Positions 55,526 through 64,000 of a stretch of DNA of 64,000 bases are shown one piece after another. The notes below the pieces were generated by a model. It was not told the origin of the DNA and did not search any database. It saw only the letters and a program-made list of their open reading frames with translations. Source of the stretch: a virus; the IMG/VR virus record IMGVR_UViG_3300044684_000278, positions 32,001-96,000 of that record. The stretch is one strand, 5' to 3'. A program made the translations under genes and the position numbers. Positions within the stretch are counted from its first letter, which is position 1, and every line of letters begins with the position of its first letter.

Positions 55526-55681
55526 TGTAGGGTGGTGAAATTGGCAGACACACCGGATTGTCTATCCGGCATTTGATACACAGTGCGTTCTTTAAAAGCT
55601 ATCATCCATTAATATGCATTTGTTGTTTTATTCCCTCTCCCTGTATCAAATATGCTGGTTCGAGTCCAGCCCCTACAGCCA
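55526..55681 (+). ncRNA. tRNA-like RNA with GUC loop and ~80-nt variable arm
   Basis: TGTAGGG/CCCTACA-G-CCA; CCGGA-TTGTCTA-TCCGG; ATTTGATACA/TGTATCAAAT 10-bp stem; GCTGG-TTCGAGT-CCAGC. Confidence 0.75.
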
Positions 55682-55735
55682 AAGCGGATCAAACGTGTAG
55701 TAACCGCAGGAGTCCGGACTCCACTACACTCAAAT

Positions 55736-55807
55736 AGCGGGGTAGAGCAGCGGTAGCTCGTGGGTCTCATAATCCCAAGGTCGTGAGTTCGAATCTCACC
55801 CCCGCTA
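55736..55807 (+). tRNA. tRNA-Met(CAU), initiator-like
   Basis: GAGC/GCTC D stem typical of fMet, loop CTCATAA; A1-U72 paired. Confidence 0.85.
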
Positions 55808-55832
55808 CACCAAACCAAGAACCAATGACGTA

Positions 55833-56195
55833 ATGGCCACTGTAAACCAAGTTGAGAAACGTGTGAAAATGAATACGTGGGAGATCATAAAATACCAGAT
55901 CCTGACCCACTGTTACTTAAATAAGATCCAGGTGAGTGATGCTGACCTGGAATGCCTGACCCTTCTGAGCGTGCTGGGAGAACAAGAGCTGACTACTTTC
56001 TGCACAGAAGTACACAACAGGAAGATCTTCCGGTCTCCCCAGACCGTGAGGAACGCTTTAAGTAAAGCAGAGAAGAAACATCTCATCGTAAAAGAGGGCC
56101 GCACCAAGAAACGGATCCATATCAACCCCCGTATCAGCGTGCAGACCGCAGGTAACATTATGTTGGACTATAAATTCCTGGCCCTTGCGTCCTAA
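55833..56195 (+). CDS. Winged-helix-like protein
   Basis: SPQTVRNALSKAEKKHLIVK. Confidence 0.65.
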   Translation: MATVNQVEKRVKMNTWEIIKYQILTHCYLNKIQVSDADLECLTLLSVLGEQELTTFCTEVHNRKIFRSPQTVRNALSKAEKKHLIVKEGRTKKRIHINPRISVQTAGNIMLDYKFLALAS

Positions 56196-56592
56196 GAAAG
56201 CTAAAGAGCTGCTGCCCCAGGTGGCGGAGGAACTGGGTCTCCCGGTCAAGATGGTGGAAGATATTCACAACCATTACTGGCGGGAAGTATGGGAGCAACT
56301 GACCTCCCCCAGGAGTATCAAGGTCCATGTAACCAACCTGGGTGATTTCAATACCAAGCACTGGTTGCTTGATAAAGAGATCCGCAAGCTGGAAGCATTC
56401 GGAGACCATACGAAACTCAAAGGGAACCAACGCTTTGCAGCGGGCATCCGGGTGAGTGAGAAACTTCAGATCCTCTACATGCTTAAAGAGATGGTGGAGG
56501 ATGAGAACCAGAGAAGAGAATTTATATACGAGCACAAGAGAGTCACCCATGAAGCTAAAGAAGAAGAACCTGATACAGATCTGGAAGAGTAA
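56185..56592 (+). CDS. HU/IHF-like DNA-binding protein
   Basis: KELLPQVAEELGL...VHVTNLGDF; IHF-like genes occur near TerL in crAss-like phages. Confidence 0.65.
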   Translation: MRPKKAKELLPQVAEELGLPVKMVEDIHNHYWREVWEQLTSPRSIKVHVTNLGDFNTKHWLLDKEIRKLEAFGDHTKLKGNQRFAAGIRVSEKLQILYMLKEMVEDENQRREFIYEHKRVTHEAKEEEPDTDLEE

Positions 56593-56905
56593 AGGCCAGA
56601 TCCTGGAAGGCATCCGAAACTCTGTATTTAAGAATGAAGATGTGGAGGAGGTAGCCAGGCACCGGATGATCATCTGCAAATCCTGTCCCTTGTTTGACGA
56701 AAAGGGCGAAGGATGTATGGTACCGGGAACGCAGCCCTGCTGTAACGAACAGAAAGGTGGTTGCGGATGCTCTTTGAACTGGAAGACCAAGTCACTTTCC
56801 AGTGAGTGCCCCAAAGGACTCTGGAAGGCCCTGCTCACCCTGCAGGAAGAAGACTTACTCCAAGCATCCCTGAACCATGAAGCAAAAGATCGTAACAACC
56901 AATGA
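56549..56905 (+). CDS. Cys-rich zinc-binding protein
   Basis: R..ICKSCP...CC...CGC...K...CPKG.W. Confidence 0.65.
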   Translation: MKLKKKNLIQIWKSKGQILEGIRNSVFKNEDVEEVARHRMIICKSCPLFDEKGEGCMVPGTQPCCNEQKGGCGCSLNWKTKSLSSECPKGLWKALLTLQEEDLLQASLNHEAKDRNNQ

Positions 56906-57218
56906 AGATATTCAACTGTCTATTGTCCACCCAGTGTTTAAAACACTTCGGGTAAAGATGAAAGACGAAGAGGGCAATGTCCAGTATGCAGAGAAGGAGA
57001 AGCTTGTCAAGCAGCTGGCCGTAAGGAAATGGTTCAAGAAAGATGGGTTGACCTCTGTAGAGCAGTATGTGACCACCAACAACCGGATCGCCAAGAACCG
57101 CAGTGTGGTTTACGACAGATACAGCAACCGCTATTTTGCAACCTTCCACAGTCCTGATGAACTCTGGGGGTATATCAACGAAAAGAAACAGAAACCAATA
57201 GGATTTACAAGAGCATGA
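56877..57218 (+). CDS. Hypothetical protein
   Basis: 113-aa ORF in operon. Confidence 0.6.
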   Translation: MKQKIVTTNEDIQLSIVHPVFKTLRVKMKDEEGNVQYAEKEKLVKQLAVRKWFKKDGLTSVEQYVTTNNRIAKNRSVVYDRYSNRYFATFHSPDELWGYINEKKQKPIGFTRA

Positions 57219-58066
57219 GCATCATATTCCGACCCGAAAACCACGAATACATCAGCCTGGATCCGGCTGAACACATTGACTGGATCTCTGTCACCAGCTT
57301 CATTGGCAACTTCAAGTTGCCCTTTGATGCCAAGGGGCAGGCAGCCAAGAGTGCCAGGAACAAAAAGTCCAAGTGGTATGGACTGACACAGGAAGAGATC
57401 CTCCAGGCGTGGAGCAACGAAAGCAAAAGAGCTACCGACCTGGGAACCTGGTACCACGATCAAAGGGAGCAGGACATCTGTGAGTTTGAGCATATGGAAA
57501 GGGAGGGCATTACAGTACCTGTATTTAAACCAGTCTACGAGAATGGTGTCAAATACGCCCCCGAACAGAAGCTTGAGAACGGGATCTACCCGGAACACCT
57601 GGTCTATTTGAAGTCCATGGGACTGATCGGGCAGAGTGACCTGGTAGAAGTGATTGACGGAAAAGTGAACATCACAGACTACAAGACCAATAAAGAGATC
57701 AAAGAGAAGGGATACACTTCCTGGGATGGAGTGGTTTCCAAGATGCAGGCACCGGTTAATCACCTGGATGACTGCAACTTAAATCACTACACCCTGCAGC
57801 TGAGTATCTACATGTACATGATCCTGAAGCATAACCCGAAGCTGAAAGCAGGTAAGCTGATCCTGCATCACATCATCTTTGAGGAAGTGGGACGTGATAA
57901 ATTTGATAACCCTATTGCCGCTCGTGACGTAAACGGGGATCCAATAGTCAAAGAGATCGTGCAGTACGAGATTCCTTATCTCAAACATGAGGTGATCTCC
58001 CTGATGAACTGGTTAAAAGAAAACAGACATAAAATAAAATCAAAAAAGAAAGAAGCAGTATGCTAA
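57215..58066 (+). CDS. PD-(D/E)XK nuclease (Cas4/lambda-exo-like)
   Basis: SVT, GT..H, E, GQSD, DYKT, QLSIY. Confidence 0.88.
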   Translation: MSIIFRPENHEYISLDPAEHIDWISVTSFIGNFKLPFDAKGQAAKSARNKKSKWYGLTQEEILQAWSNESKRATDLGTWYHDQREQDICEFEHMEREGITVPVFKPVYENGVKYAPEQKLENGIYPEHLVYLKSMGLIGQSDLVEVIDGKVNITDYKTNKEIKEKGYTSWDGVVSKMQAPVNHLDDCNLNHYTLQLSIYMYMILKHNPKLKAGKLILHHIIFEEVGRDKFDNPIAARDVNGDPIVKEIVQYEIPYLKHEVISLMNWLKENRHKIKSKKKEAVC

Positions 58067-58281
58067 ACACAAGTACCACCAATGAGAACTACAATTCTGT
58101 TGCTTACGAACTAACTGCAGAAGAACCACAATCTGTCCTGGATATTCAGGGACCTAATGGAAGCATCTTCCGAATTGATGACAATGGAGACATCTACGTC
58201 CGTGGAAAACTCACTACCAATGATATGGAAGTGGTTGACGGGTTCAAGGATTTCCTCCGAGAAGTTAATGAAGCAGAATAA
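58060..58281 (+). CDS. Hypothetical protein
   Basis: 73-aa ORF. Confidence 0.5.
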   Translation: MLNTSTTNENYNSVAYELTAEEPQSVLDIQGPNGSIFRIDDNGDIYVRGKLTTNDMEVVDGFKDFLREVNEAE

Positions 58282-58284
58282 TCC

Positions 58285-58557
58285 ATGACTATGAAAGCCC
58301 TTATAGAAAATATAAAGAAGCGTTATATACAAAGATCAATCATTCGTATGGCAGACAAACATTTTTGGACTGCCTATGAATATGAGAAAGAAATTGCTTA
58401 TTATAATTCTGTAGGGGCTTATCATTTACTACGTGATGAGCTCCTGAGAAGGTATTATTTCCACTGCAGGTACTACAACCGCCTGATCAACTTAGCCAGC
58501 AAATATGGGAATCAAAGAATGGTTCAAAAGAAAACCAGAGATTTCAGCACCAACTGA
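58285..58557 (+). CDS. Hypothetical protein
   Basis: 90-aa ORF. Confidence 0.5.
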   Translation: MTMKALIENIKKRYIQRSIIRMADKHFWTAYEYEKEIAYYNSVGAYHLLRDELLRRYYFHCRYYNRLINLASKYGNQRMVQKKTRDFSTN

Positions 58558-58855
58558 TTTATTGGAAGGCCGCTCCTATACGGAGCTGGATCAGGTGAGG
58601 ATAGCCCTTTGGATCGCTCTTTGCAAATGTTTCAATCCCAGATTGGTCTGGAGAACAACTCAGGACCATGATGGATCTATTAGCCCAGGGTGGTTCATCC
58701 TGGGCTATAAATTTCACCCGGACCGGCAGATCCGGTTCTTTGTTCCCATTGAAGACTGGGACAAGACAAATTATGCCACTACCCGCAAGCGGGCACCTAA
58801 ACACAATGGTCTCACTCCTGCTGATAATATTCAGCGGATCCGTAACCTAAGCTAA
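58505..58855 (+). CDS. Hypothetical protein (WDGH/DUF6835-like pattern)
   Basis: ELDQVR.ALW...HDG...GWFI.G...QI. Confidence 0.5.
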   Translation: MGIKEWFKRKPEISAPTDLLEGRSYTELDQVRIALWIALCKCFNPRLVWRTTQDHDGSISPGWFILGYKFHPDRQIRFFVPIEDWDKTNYATTRKRAPKHNGLTPADNIQRIRNLS

Positions 58856-58857
58856 CC

Positions 58858-59058
58858 ATGATGATCGTAGAAGAAGCTTTTGAGATTGGAGGTTTTGTCT
58901 ATCTCAAAACAGATCCCGAACAGTTAATCAGAGTTGTCACCGGTATCACCATCCGTCCTGGTGGCCTCTTAGAGTACAAAGTATCCAACGCAGATAACGA
59001 GACCACCCACTACGAGATTGAGCTCTCACTGGAGCCCAACATCCTTGCCAAGTGCTAA
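58858..59058 (+). CDS. Small SH3-like protein
   Basis: FEIGGFVYLKTDPEQ. Confidence 0.55.
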   Translation: MMIVEEAFEIGGFVYLKTDPEQLIRVVTGITIRPGGLLEYKVSNADNETTHYEIELSLEPNILAKC

Positions 59059-59071
59059 CCATAGACTATAC

Positions 59072-59584
59072 ATGATCAGACTATTTGATGTACAGAACGG
59101 GAAAGTCATCCCCACTGAACACTGTTACACCCTATACTTTTTACGAAACATTATGAACGAATACCCGGAGGATTATCTCTCCATCTACCAGTATTTGTTC
59201 TATATGACCTGTCCCAACCCGGAGCTGAATCCCTTCTTTCATACCCCGGAATCAGATAAGGAGGAGCTCATCCTCCAGGAGGTGGGAGCAGAATTTTCCA
59301 CGGAAGACGAAACCATACAGCACGCCCTGGAAGTCACTGCCAAACTATACGAGACAGAGACCTCCCGTGCCTACTATGCCATGAAGAAAGCCCTGGACAA
59401 TATGTCCAGAGTGCTGGCCACAGAAGTGCCTACGTTTGGACGTGATGGTTCTGCAACAGATTTGCTTCGCATCATGGAAAAGTTTGATGCAGTCCGTCAG
59501 TCATTTAAGGGTGTATACAAGGATCTGCAGGAAGAACAGCAGACCAATGTCAGGGGGGGACAACGACTATCCTATGACAGTTGA
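59072..59584 (+). CDS. Conserved protein upstream of TerL (small terminase candidate)
   Basis: Position, helical composition, C-terminal VRGG. Confidence 0.55.
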   Translation: MIRLFDVQNGKVIPTEHCYTLYFLRNIMNEYPEDYLSIYQYLFYMTCPNPELNPFFHTPESDKEELILQEVGAEFSTEDETIQHALEVTAKLYETETSRAYYAMKKALDNMSRVLATEVPTFGRDGSATDLLRIMEKFDAVRQSFKGVYKDLQEEQQTNVRGGQRLSYDS

Positions 59585-59607
59585 TACACCAAAGACCCTA
59601 ACCCTTA

Positions 59608-61839
59608 ATGACACCAAACCCAACAACCACCACACCCTACATTACTGTACCTGTTTACGACAATGACGTTAAGATCTGGACCTCAAGAGACTTTCAAACA
59701 AGAGAAGACTATACGGCCTTCGTTAAGAGCGTCTTTAAAGAACCTGGCCTCTATGAGTTTGATGAGACCTCTTTCCTCTTTAATGAGCAGGCCCGCTATT
59801 TTGAACAGCACGGGGTCTACCCAGGCAACCTCTCTCCCTTCAGAAGCAAGGACTTCATCAAGTACTGGGACGATCAGAAAGACAAGTGCAGAAAGGGCGT
59901 TATTTATCAGCATGGAGGAAAGACCTGGTACCTGACCAGGGACTACTACATGTGGCTGAACTTTCTTCCCATCTATGACAAGGAAGAAAAGAAGTTCGGC
60001 TTTGCCAAGGTCCGGGATGCACAGTACCACATGGCTCTTTACGAGCTGCTGGCGGAGCTGCACTACAAGCATTCCTGCATCCTTAAGAAACGTCAGATTG
60101 CCTCCTCTTATTTCCACATTGCCAAACTCCTCAACCAGTACTGGTTTGAGCAGGGTGCCGTCATGAAACTGGGTGCCAGCCTCAAAGATTATATCAATGA
60201 GAAGGGCTCCTGGAAGTTTCTGGACGAGTACCGTAACTTCCTCAACGAACATACGGCCTGGTACCGCCCTAATGAGCCCGACAAGGTCTTATCATGGCAA
60301 CAACGTATCAAAGTAAGGATCGGAGGCCGCGATACCTACAAGGGCTTAAAAAGCGTGTTTACGGGCATGTCCTTTGAGAAGGATGCCACTAATGGTGTAG
60401 GTGGTCCGGTAACCTACTTCTTCCATGAGGAAGCGGGTATCGCACCCAAGATGGACGAGACCTACGGGTATATGCGTCCTGCCATGAAATCCGGTATGAT
60501 TACTACCGGTATGTTCATAGCGGCAGGCTCCGTGGGTGATCTGGACCAGTGCGGTCCCTTGAAAAAATACATCCTGAACCCGGATGCCAACGATTTCTAT
60601 TCAGTAGAGACTGACCTACTGGATGATAAGGGCACGCTGGGCCGATCCGGGCTCTTTATTCCGGAGCAGTGGAGTATGCCTCCTTACATAGATGAATTTG
60701 GCAACAGCCTCGTTAAAGAGGCCCTGGATGCCCTGGATGCTTACTTTGCCCAATGCAAGCGTGATCTTGATCCTGCAGCCTACCAGCTGGAGCTCTCCCA
60801 GCACCCCCGCAACATTGCAGAAGCCTTTGCCTCCCGTAAGGAAGCCCTCTTCCCCATACACCTGGTGAGCCAGCAGCTCAGAAGGATCGAGGAGAAGCAA
60901 TACCCCTGTGAATACCTGGAGCTCTTTGAAACAGAGGGCGGGAAGATAGATGCCAGGGCTTCCCGAAAGATCCCCATCATGGAGTTCCCGATCTCTAAAA
61001 AGACGGAAGACAAAGAAGGCGTGATCTGTGTGTGGGAACGTCCCATGCAGAATGCTCCCTGGGGAACGTACTATGCTTCTGTGGATCCAGTGGGAGAAGG
61101 AAAGACCACAACCTCCGAGTCTCTCTGCTCCATCATCGTTTACAAGAATGCTATTGAAGTCACTAAAGATGAAGGCAACGGAAAAGTCTCCACCTACGTG
61201 GAAGGAGATAAAATAGTAGCCACCTGGTGCGGAAGGTTTGATGACTTAAAGAAAACCCATGAAAGATTGGAGTACATCATCCGCTGGTACAATGCCTGGA
61301 CCCTGGTGGAGAACAACGTCTCCCTGTTCATCCAGTACATGATCTCCAAGCGTATGCAACGCTTCCTGGTGCCCAAGGATCAGATCCTGTTCTTAAAGGA
61401 ACTGGGTTCCAACATGAACGTATACGCGGACTATGGCTGGAAGAATACTGGCACCATGTTCAAGAACCACCTGCTCTCTTATGGCATCCAGTTCATGGAA
61501 GAGGAGCTGGATCATGAATTTGACGAGAATGGAAAGATCCTGAGCACTGTCCGTGGTGTGGAAAGGATCCCTGATCCCATGATCCTCACGGAGGCCGGAG
61601 CCTACCATCACGGCCTCAACGTGGACCGCCTGGTATCCTACTGTTCCCTGGTAGCTTTTGTTCATATACAGCGGGCCAGCCGTGGTATGCAAAAACGTGT
61701 AGAAGTGACCCAGGATAAATTGGAGAATTCCTCTAAAATGAGTAAATTAAATATGAGCCCCTTCCGTCACATTGGAGGCTCTACCTCTACAAACAACAGC
61801 AGCTTTTTCAAGAGAAATCCCTTCAAGAATCTCCGCTAA
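59608..61839 (+). CDS. terL: Terminase large subunit (crAss-like)
   Basis: Walker A-like LKKRQIASS, Walker B FFHEEAG, nuclease SVDPV...VENN...DR; 743 aa. Confidence 0.9.
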   Translation: MTPNPTTTTPYITVPVYDNDVKIWTSRDFQTREDYTAFVKSVFKEPGLYEFDETSFLFNEQARYFEQHGVYPGNLSPFRSKDFIKYWDDQKDKCRKGVIYQHGGKTWYLTRDYYMWLNFLPIYDKEEKKFGFAKVRDAQYHMALYELLAELHYKHSCILKKRQIASSYFHIAKLLNQYWFEQGAVMKLGASLKDYINEKGSWKFLDEYRNFLNEHTAWYRPNEPDKVLSWQQRIKVRIGGRDTYKGLKSVFTGMSFEKDATNGVGGPVTYFFHEEAGIAPKMDETYGYMRPAMKSGMITTGMFIAAGSVGDLDQCGPLKKYILNPDANDFYSVETDLLDDKGTLGRSGLFIPEQWSMPPYIDEFGNSLVKEALDALDAYFAQCKRDLDPAAYQLELSQHPRNIAEAFASRKEALFPIHLVSQQLRRIEEKQYPCEYLELFETEGGKIDARASRKIPIMEFPISKKTEDKEGVICVWERPMQNAPWGTYYASVDPVGEGKTTTSESLCSIIVYKNAIEVTKDEGNGKVSTYVEGDKIVATWCGRFDDLKKTHERLEYIIRWYNAWTLVENNVSLFIQYMISKRMQRFLVPKDQILFLKELGSNMNVYADYGWKNTGTMFKNHLLSYGIQFMEEELDHEFDENGKILSTVRGVERIPDPMILTEAGAYHHGLNVDRLVSYCSLVAFVHIQRASRGMQKRVEVTQDKLENSSKMSKLNMSPFRHIGGSTSTNNSSFFKRNPFKNLR

Positions 61840-61863
61840 GAAGCCACCCTATAGAAACGAACC

Positions 61864-64000
61864 ATGCAGATATACAATGCCCTTGATTTAAAAAAGGGAG
61901 CCAAGACTGAGCTTAAAAGAATGGGTACCCTCACCCAGCCCGTACAGTTCCTGCCCCAGAAGGATAAGGATATTGAATGGAGTTCCTGGAATATGGACTG
62001 GCTGGAGTTCCAGGGAATGAAGCAGCTGAGGCGTAATGCCAAACGGCTAATGAAGAACTACAAGCTGGCCAAAGGTATTATTGATAAGTCCGACTACATC
62101 GTAGAGGATGACAATGAATACGGGGAGATGATTGACATTCTCACCAAAGAAGATGAATCTGCCCTGGAGCTGAAGTTCTACCCCATCATCCCCAATGTGA
62201 TCAACGTATTATGCACAGAGTTCTCCAAACGGGTCAGCAAGATCCAGTTCCGTGCCGTGGATGACATCTCCTACAATGAGATGCTGGAAGAGAAGCGGGC
62301 CATGATCGAGCAGACGCTGCTTGCGGAAGCAGAGCAGAAGATGCGGATCAAGCTCATGAACATGGGCCTGGCCGAAGACTCTGAGCAGGGCAAGCAGATG
62401 ATGGACCCACAGAACCTCAAGTCCCTTCCGGAGATCGAGCAGTTCTTCCAGAAAGACTACAGGTCTCTGCAGGAAGAGTGGGCTACCCACCAGTTTAAAA
62501 TAGACGAGCAGCGTTTCAAGATGCAGGAGCTGGAAGAGCGCGGCTTCAGGGACATGCTGATCACAGACCGTGAGTTCTGGCATTTCCAGATGTATGAGGA
62601 TGACTATGAAGTGGAGCTGTGGAACCCACTGCTTACCTTCTATCACAAGTCTCCTGATGTACGCTACGTATCCAATGGGAACTACGTGGGCAAGATGGAT
62701 ATGATGTCCATCCCAGATGTGATTGACAAATATGGCTGGATGATGACCCAGGACCAGTTAGAGTCCCTGGAGGCCATCTACCCGGTACGATCTGCCGGTT
62801 ATAACATGCCGGGTGTGCAGAATGATGGCAGCTTCTATGATGCTACCCGTTCCCACGAATGGAACACCCAGATGCCATCCCTGGGCATGAGGCAGTTCAC
62901 TTCCATGTATGACAATGCCATGCCTAACGGGGACATCGTCAACTGGATCCTGGGAGAGAGTGAAGACCTCTTTGACCACGGTAACTCCTGGCTTTTAAGG
63001 GTCACCACCGTATACTGGAAAAGCCAGCGTAAGGTGGGCCACCTGACCAAGATCACCGAAGACGGCCAGCTGATCCAGGACATTGTCACTGAGGATTACA
63101 AGGTGACCGACAAGCCTGTGTACAACACGGCTGTTTATAAAACAAAGACAAAAGACAACCTCATATTTGGGGAACACATAGACTGGATCTGGATCAACGA
63201 GGTATGGGGCGGGGTCAAGATCGGCCCTAACCGTCCGGCCTACTGGGGCACCAGCAATCCTGGGGGGATCAACCCGATCTACCTGGGCCTGAAAGGTGGC
63301 CAGCCAGGAAGACTTCCTTTCCAGTTCAAGGGGGACGATAACCTTTACGGATGCAAGCTTCCGGTTGAAGGTGCTGTCTTCTCTGACCGCAACACCAAAT
63401 CTGTCGCTCTGGTAGATACCATGAAGCCGTATCAGATTGCCTATAACGTAGTAAATAATCAGATTGCTGACATACTCGTGGATGAACTGGGTACCGTGAT
63501 CCTTTTGGATCAGAATGCCCTTCCACGCCACTCTCTGGGAGAAGACTGGGGCAAGAACAACCTGGCCAAGGCTTATGTAGCCATGAAGAATTTCCAGATG
63601 CTGCCACTGGATACAACCATTACAAACACGGAAAATGCCCTCAACTTTCAACACTATAGTGTCCTCAACCTGGAACAGACTCAGAGGCTTATGTCTCGTG
63701 TTCAGCTTGCAACTTATTTTAAGAACCAGGCGTTTGAAGTCATCGGGATCAACCCACAAAGAATGGGGCAGCAGATCTCTCAGGAGACAGCAACAGGTGT
63801 GGAACAAGCCCTGAATGCCAGCTATGCCCAGACAGAGATTTACTTTACCCAGCACAGTGACTATTTGATGCCAAGGGTCCACCAGATGCGGACCGACCTG
63901 GCCCAGTACTACCACTCTACCAAGCCTTCCATAAGGCTGCAGTATATCACCTCCAATGATGAGAAGGTGAACTTCCAGATCAACGGGACCAAGCTCCTGA
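61864..64000 (+). CDS. Portal protein (crAss-like), truncated at window end
   Basis: ORF from ATG 61864 (MQIYNALDLKKGAK...QPVQFLP..K...W) apparently open to the end; absent from the track, consistent with no stop; follows TerL. Confidence 0.82.
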   Translation, partial: MQIYNALDLKKGAKTELKRMGTLTQPVQFLPQKDKDIEWSSWNMDWLEFQGMKQLRRNAKRLMKNYKLAKGIIDKSDYIVEDDNEYGEMIDILTKEDESALELKFYPIIPNVINVLCTEFSKRVSKIQFRAVDDISYNEMLEEKRAMIEQTLLAEAEQKMRIKLMNMGLAEDSEQGKQMMDPQNLKSLPEIEQFFQKDYRSLQEEWATHQFKIDEQRFKMQELEERGFRDMLITDREFWHFQMYEDDYEVELWNPLLTFYHKSPDVRYVSNGNYVGKMDMMSIPDVIDKYGWMMTQDQLESLEAIYPVRSAGYNMPGVQNDGSFYDATRSHEWNTQMPSLGMRQFTSMYDNAMPNGDIVNWILGESEDLFDHGNSWLLRVTTVYWKSQRKVGHLTKITEDGQLIQDIVTEDYKVTDKPVYNTAVYKTKTKDNLIFGEHIDWIWINEVWGGVKIGPNRPAYWGTSNPGGINPIYLGLKGGQPGRLPFQFKGDDNLYGCKLPVEGAVFSDRNTKSVALVDTMKPYQIAYNVVNNQIADILVDELGTVILLDQNALPRHSLGEDWGKNNLAKAYVAMKNFQMLPLDTTITNTENALNFQHYSVLNLEQTQRLMSRVQLATYFKNQAFEVIGINPQRMGQQISQETATGVEQALNASYAQTEIYFTQHSDYLMPRVHQMRTDLAQYYHSTKPSIRLQYITSNDEKVNFQINGTKLL

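Noticed and set aside
59608-61839. Intein or intron in TerL
   Set aside because: Continuous 743-aa ORF without intein-like or homing-endonuclease motifs.
1-64000. CRISPR array or diversity-generating retroelement
   Set aside because: No regularly spaced repeats, no reverse transcriptase and no TR/VR pair seen; helix-family similarity is at protein level.
1-64000. Stop-codon reassignment as in some crAss-like phages
   Set aside because: TerL and other long genes are intact under the standard code, and no suppressor tRNA was seen.

Overview
Part of a large Bacteroidota-infecting phage genome, probably crAss-like (Crassvirales-related) and apparently temperate. Layout: plus-strand lysis cassette (holin-like, unimolecular spanin, CHAP endolysin; 137-2247). 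Then a ~49 kb mostly minus-strand early/middle block (2347-51442) with two MoxR-AAA/vWA pairs, UDG, SF2 helicase, deaminase, two metallophosphoesterases, macro domain, ParB-like protein, an ARC/Mpa-like AAA ATPase and many small genes. A tyrosine integrase and an intact attP (3' end of tRNA-Asp plus arm repeats) sit at 17449-18819. The final plus-strand block holds a six-tRNA cluster, an IHF-like protein, a PD-(D/E)XK nuclease, the terminase large subunit and the portal (truncated by the window end). Main hunt results: (1) an unannotated 25-aa leader peptide rich in Asn/Pro/Gln/His/Trp codons, with 1:2, 2:3 and 3:4 alternative hairpins, directly upstream of tRNA-Pro/Asn/Gln/His/Trp/Thr genes, i.e. 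a candidate translation-sensing attenuator of a phage tRNA operon; (2) about 20 small proteins with variable SH3/KOW/MIB-HERC2/WGR heads sharing one C-terminal amphipathic helix, clustered beside AAA+ machines (candidate adaptor system); (3) several aberrant tRNA-like and structured ncRNAs; (4) a TCTACA/TGTAGA operator-like motif and a GTATATTAT promoter-like motif. All protein assignments come from motif recognition by eye; no database searches were run.
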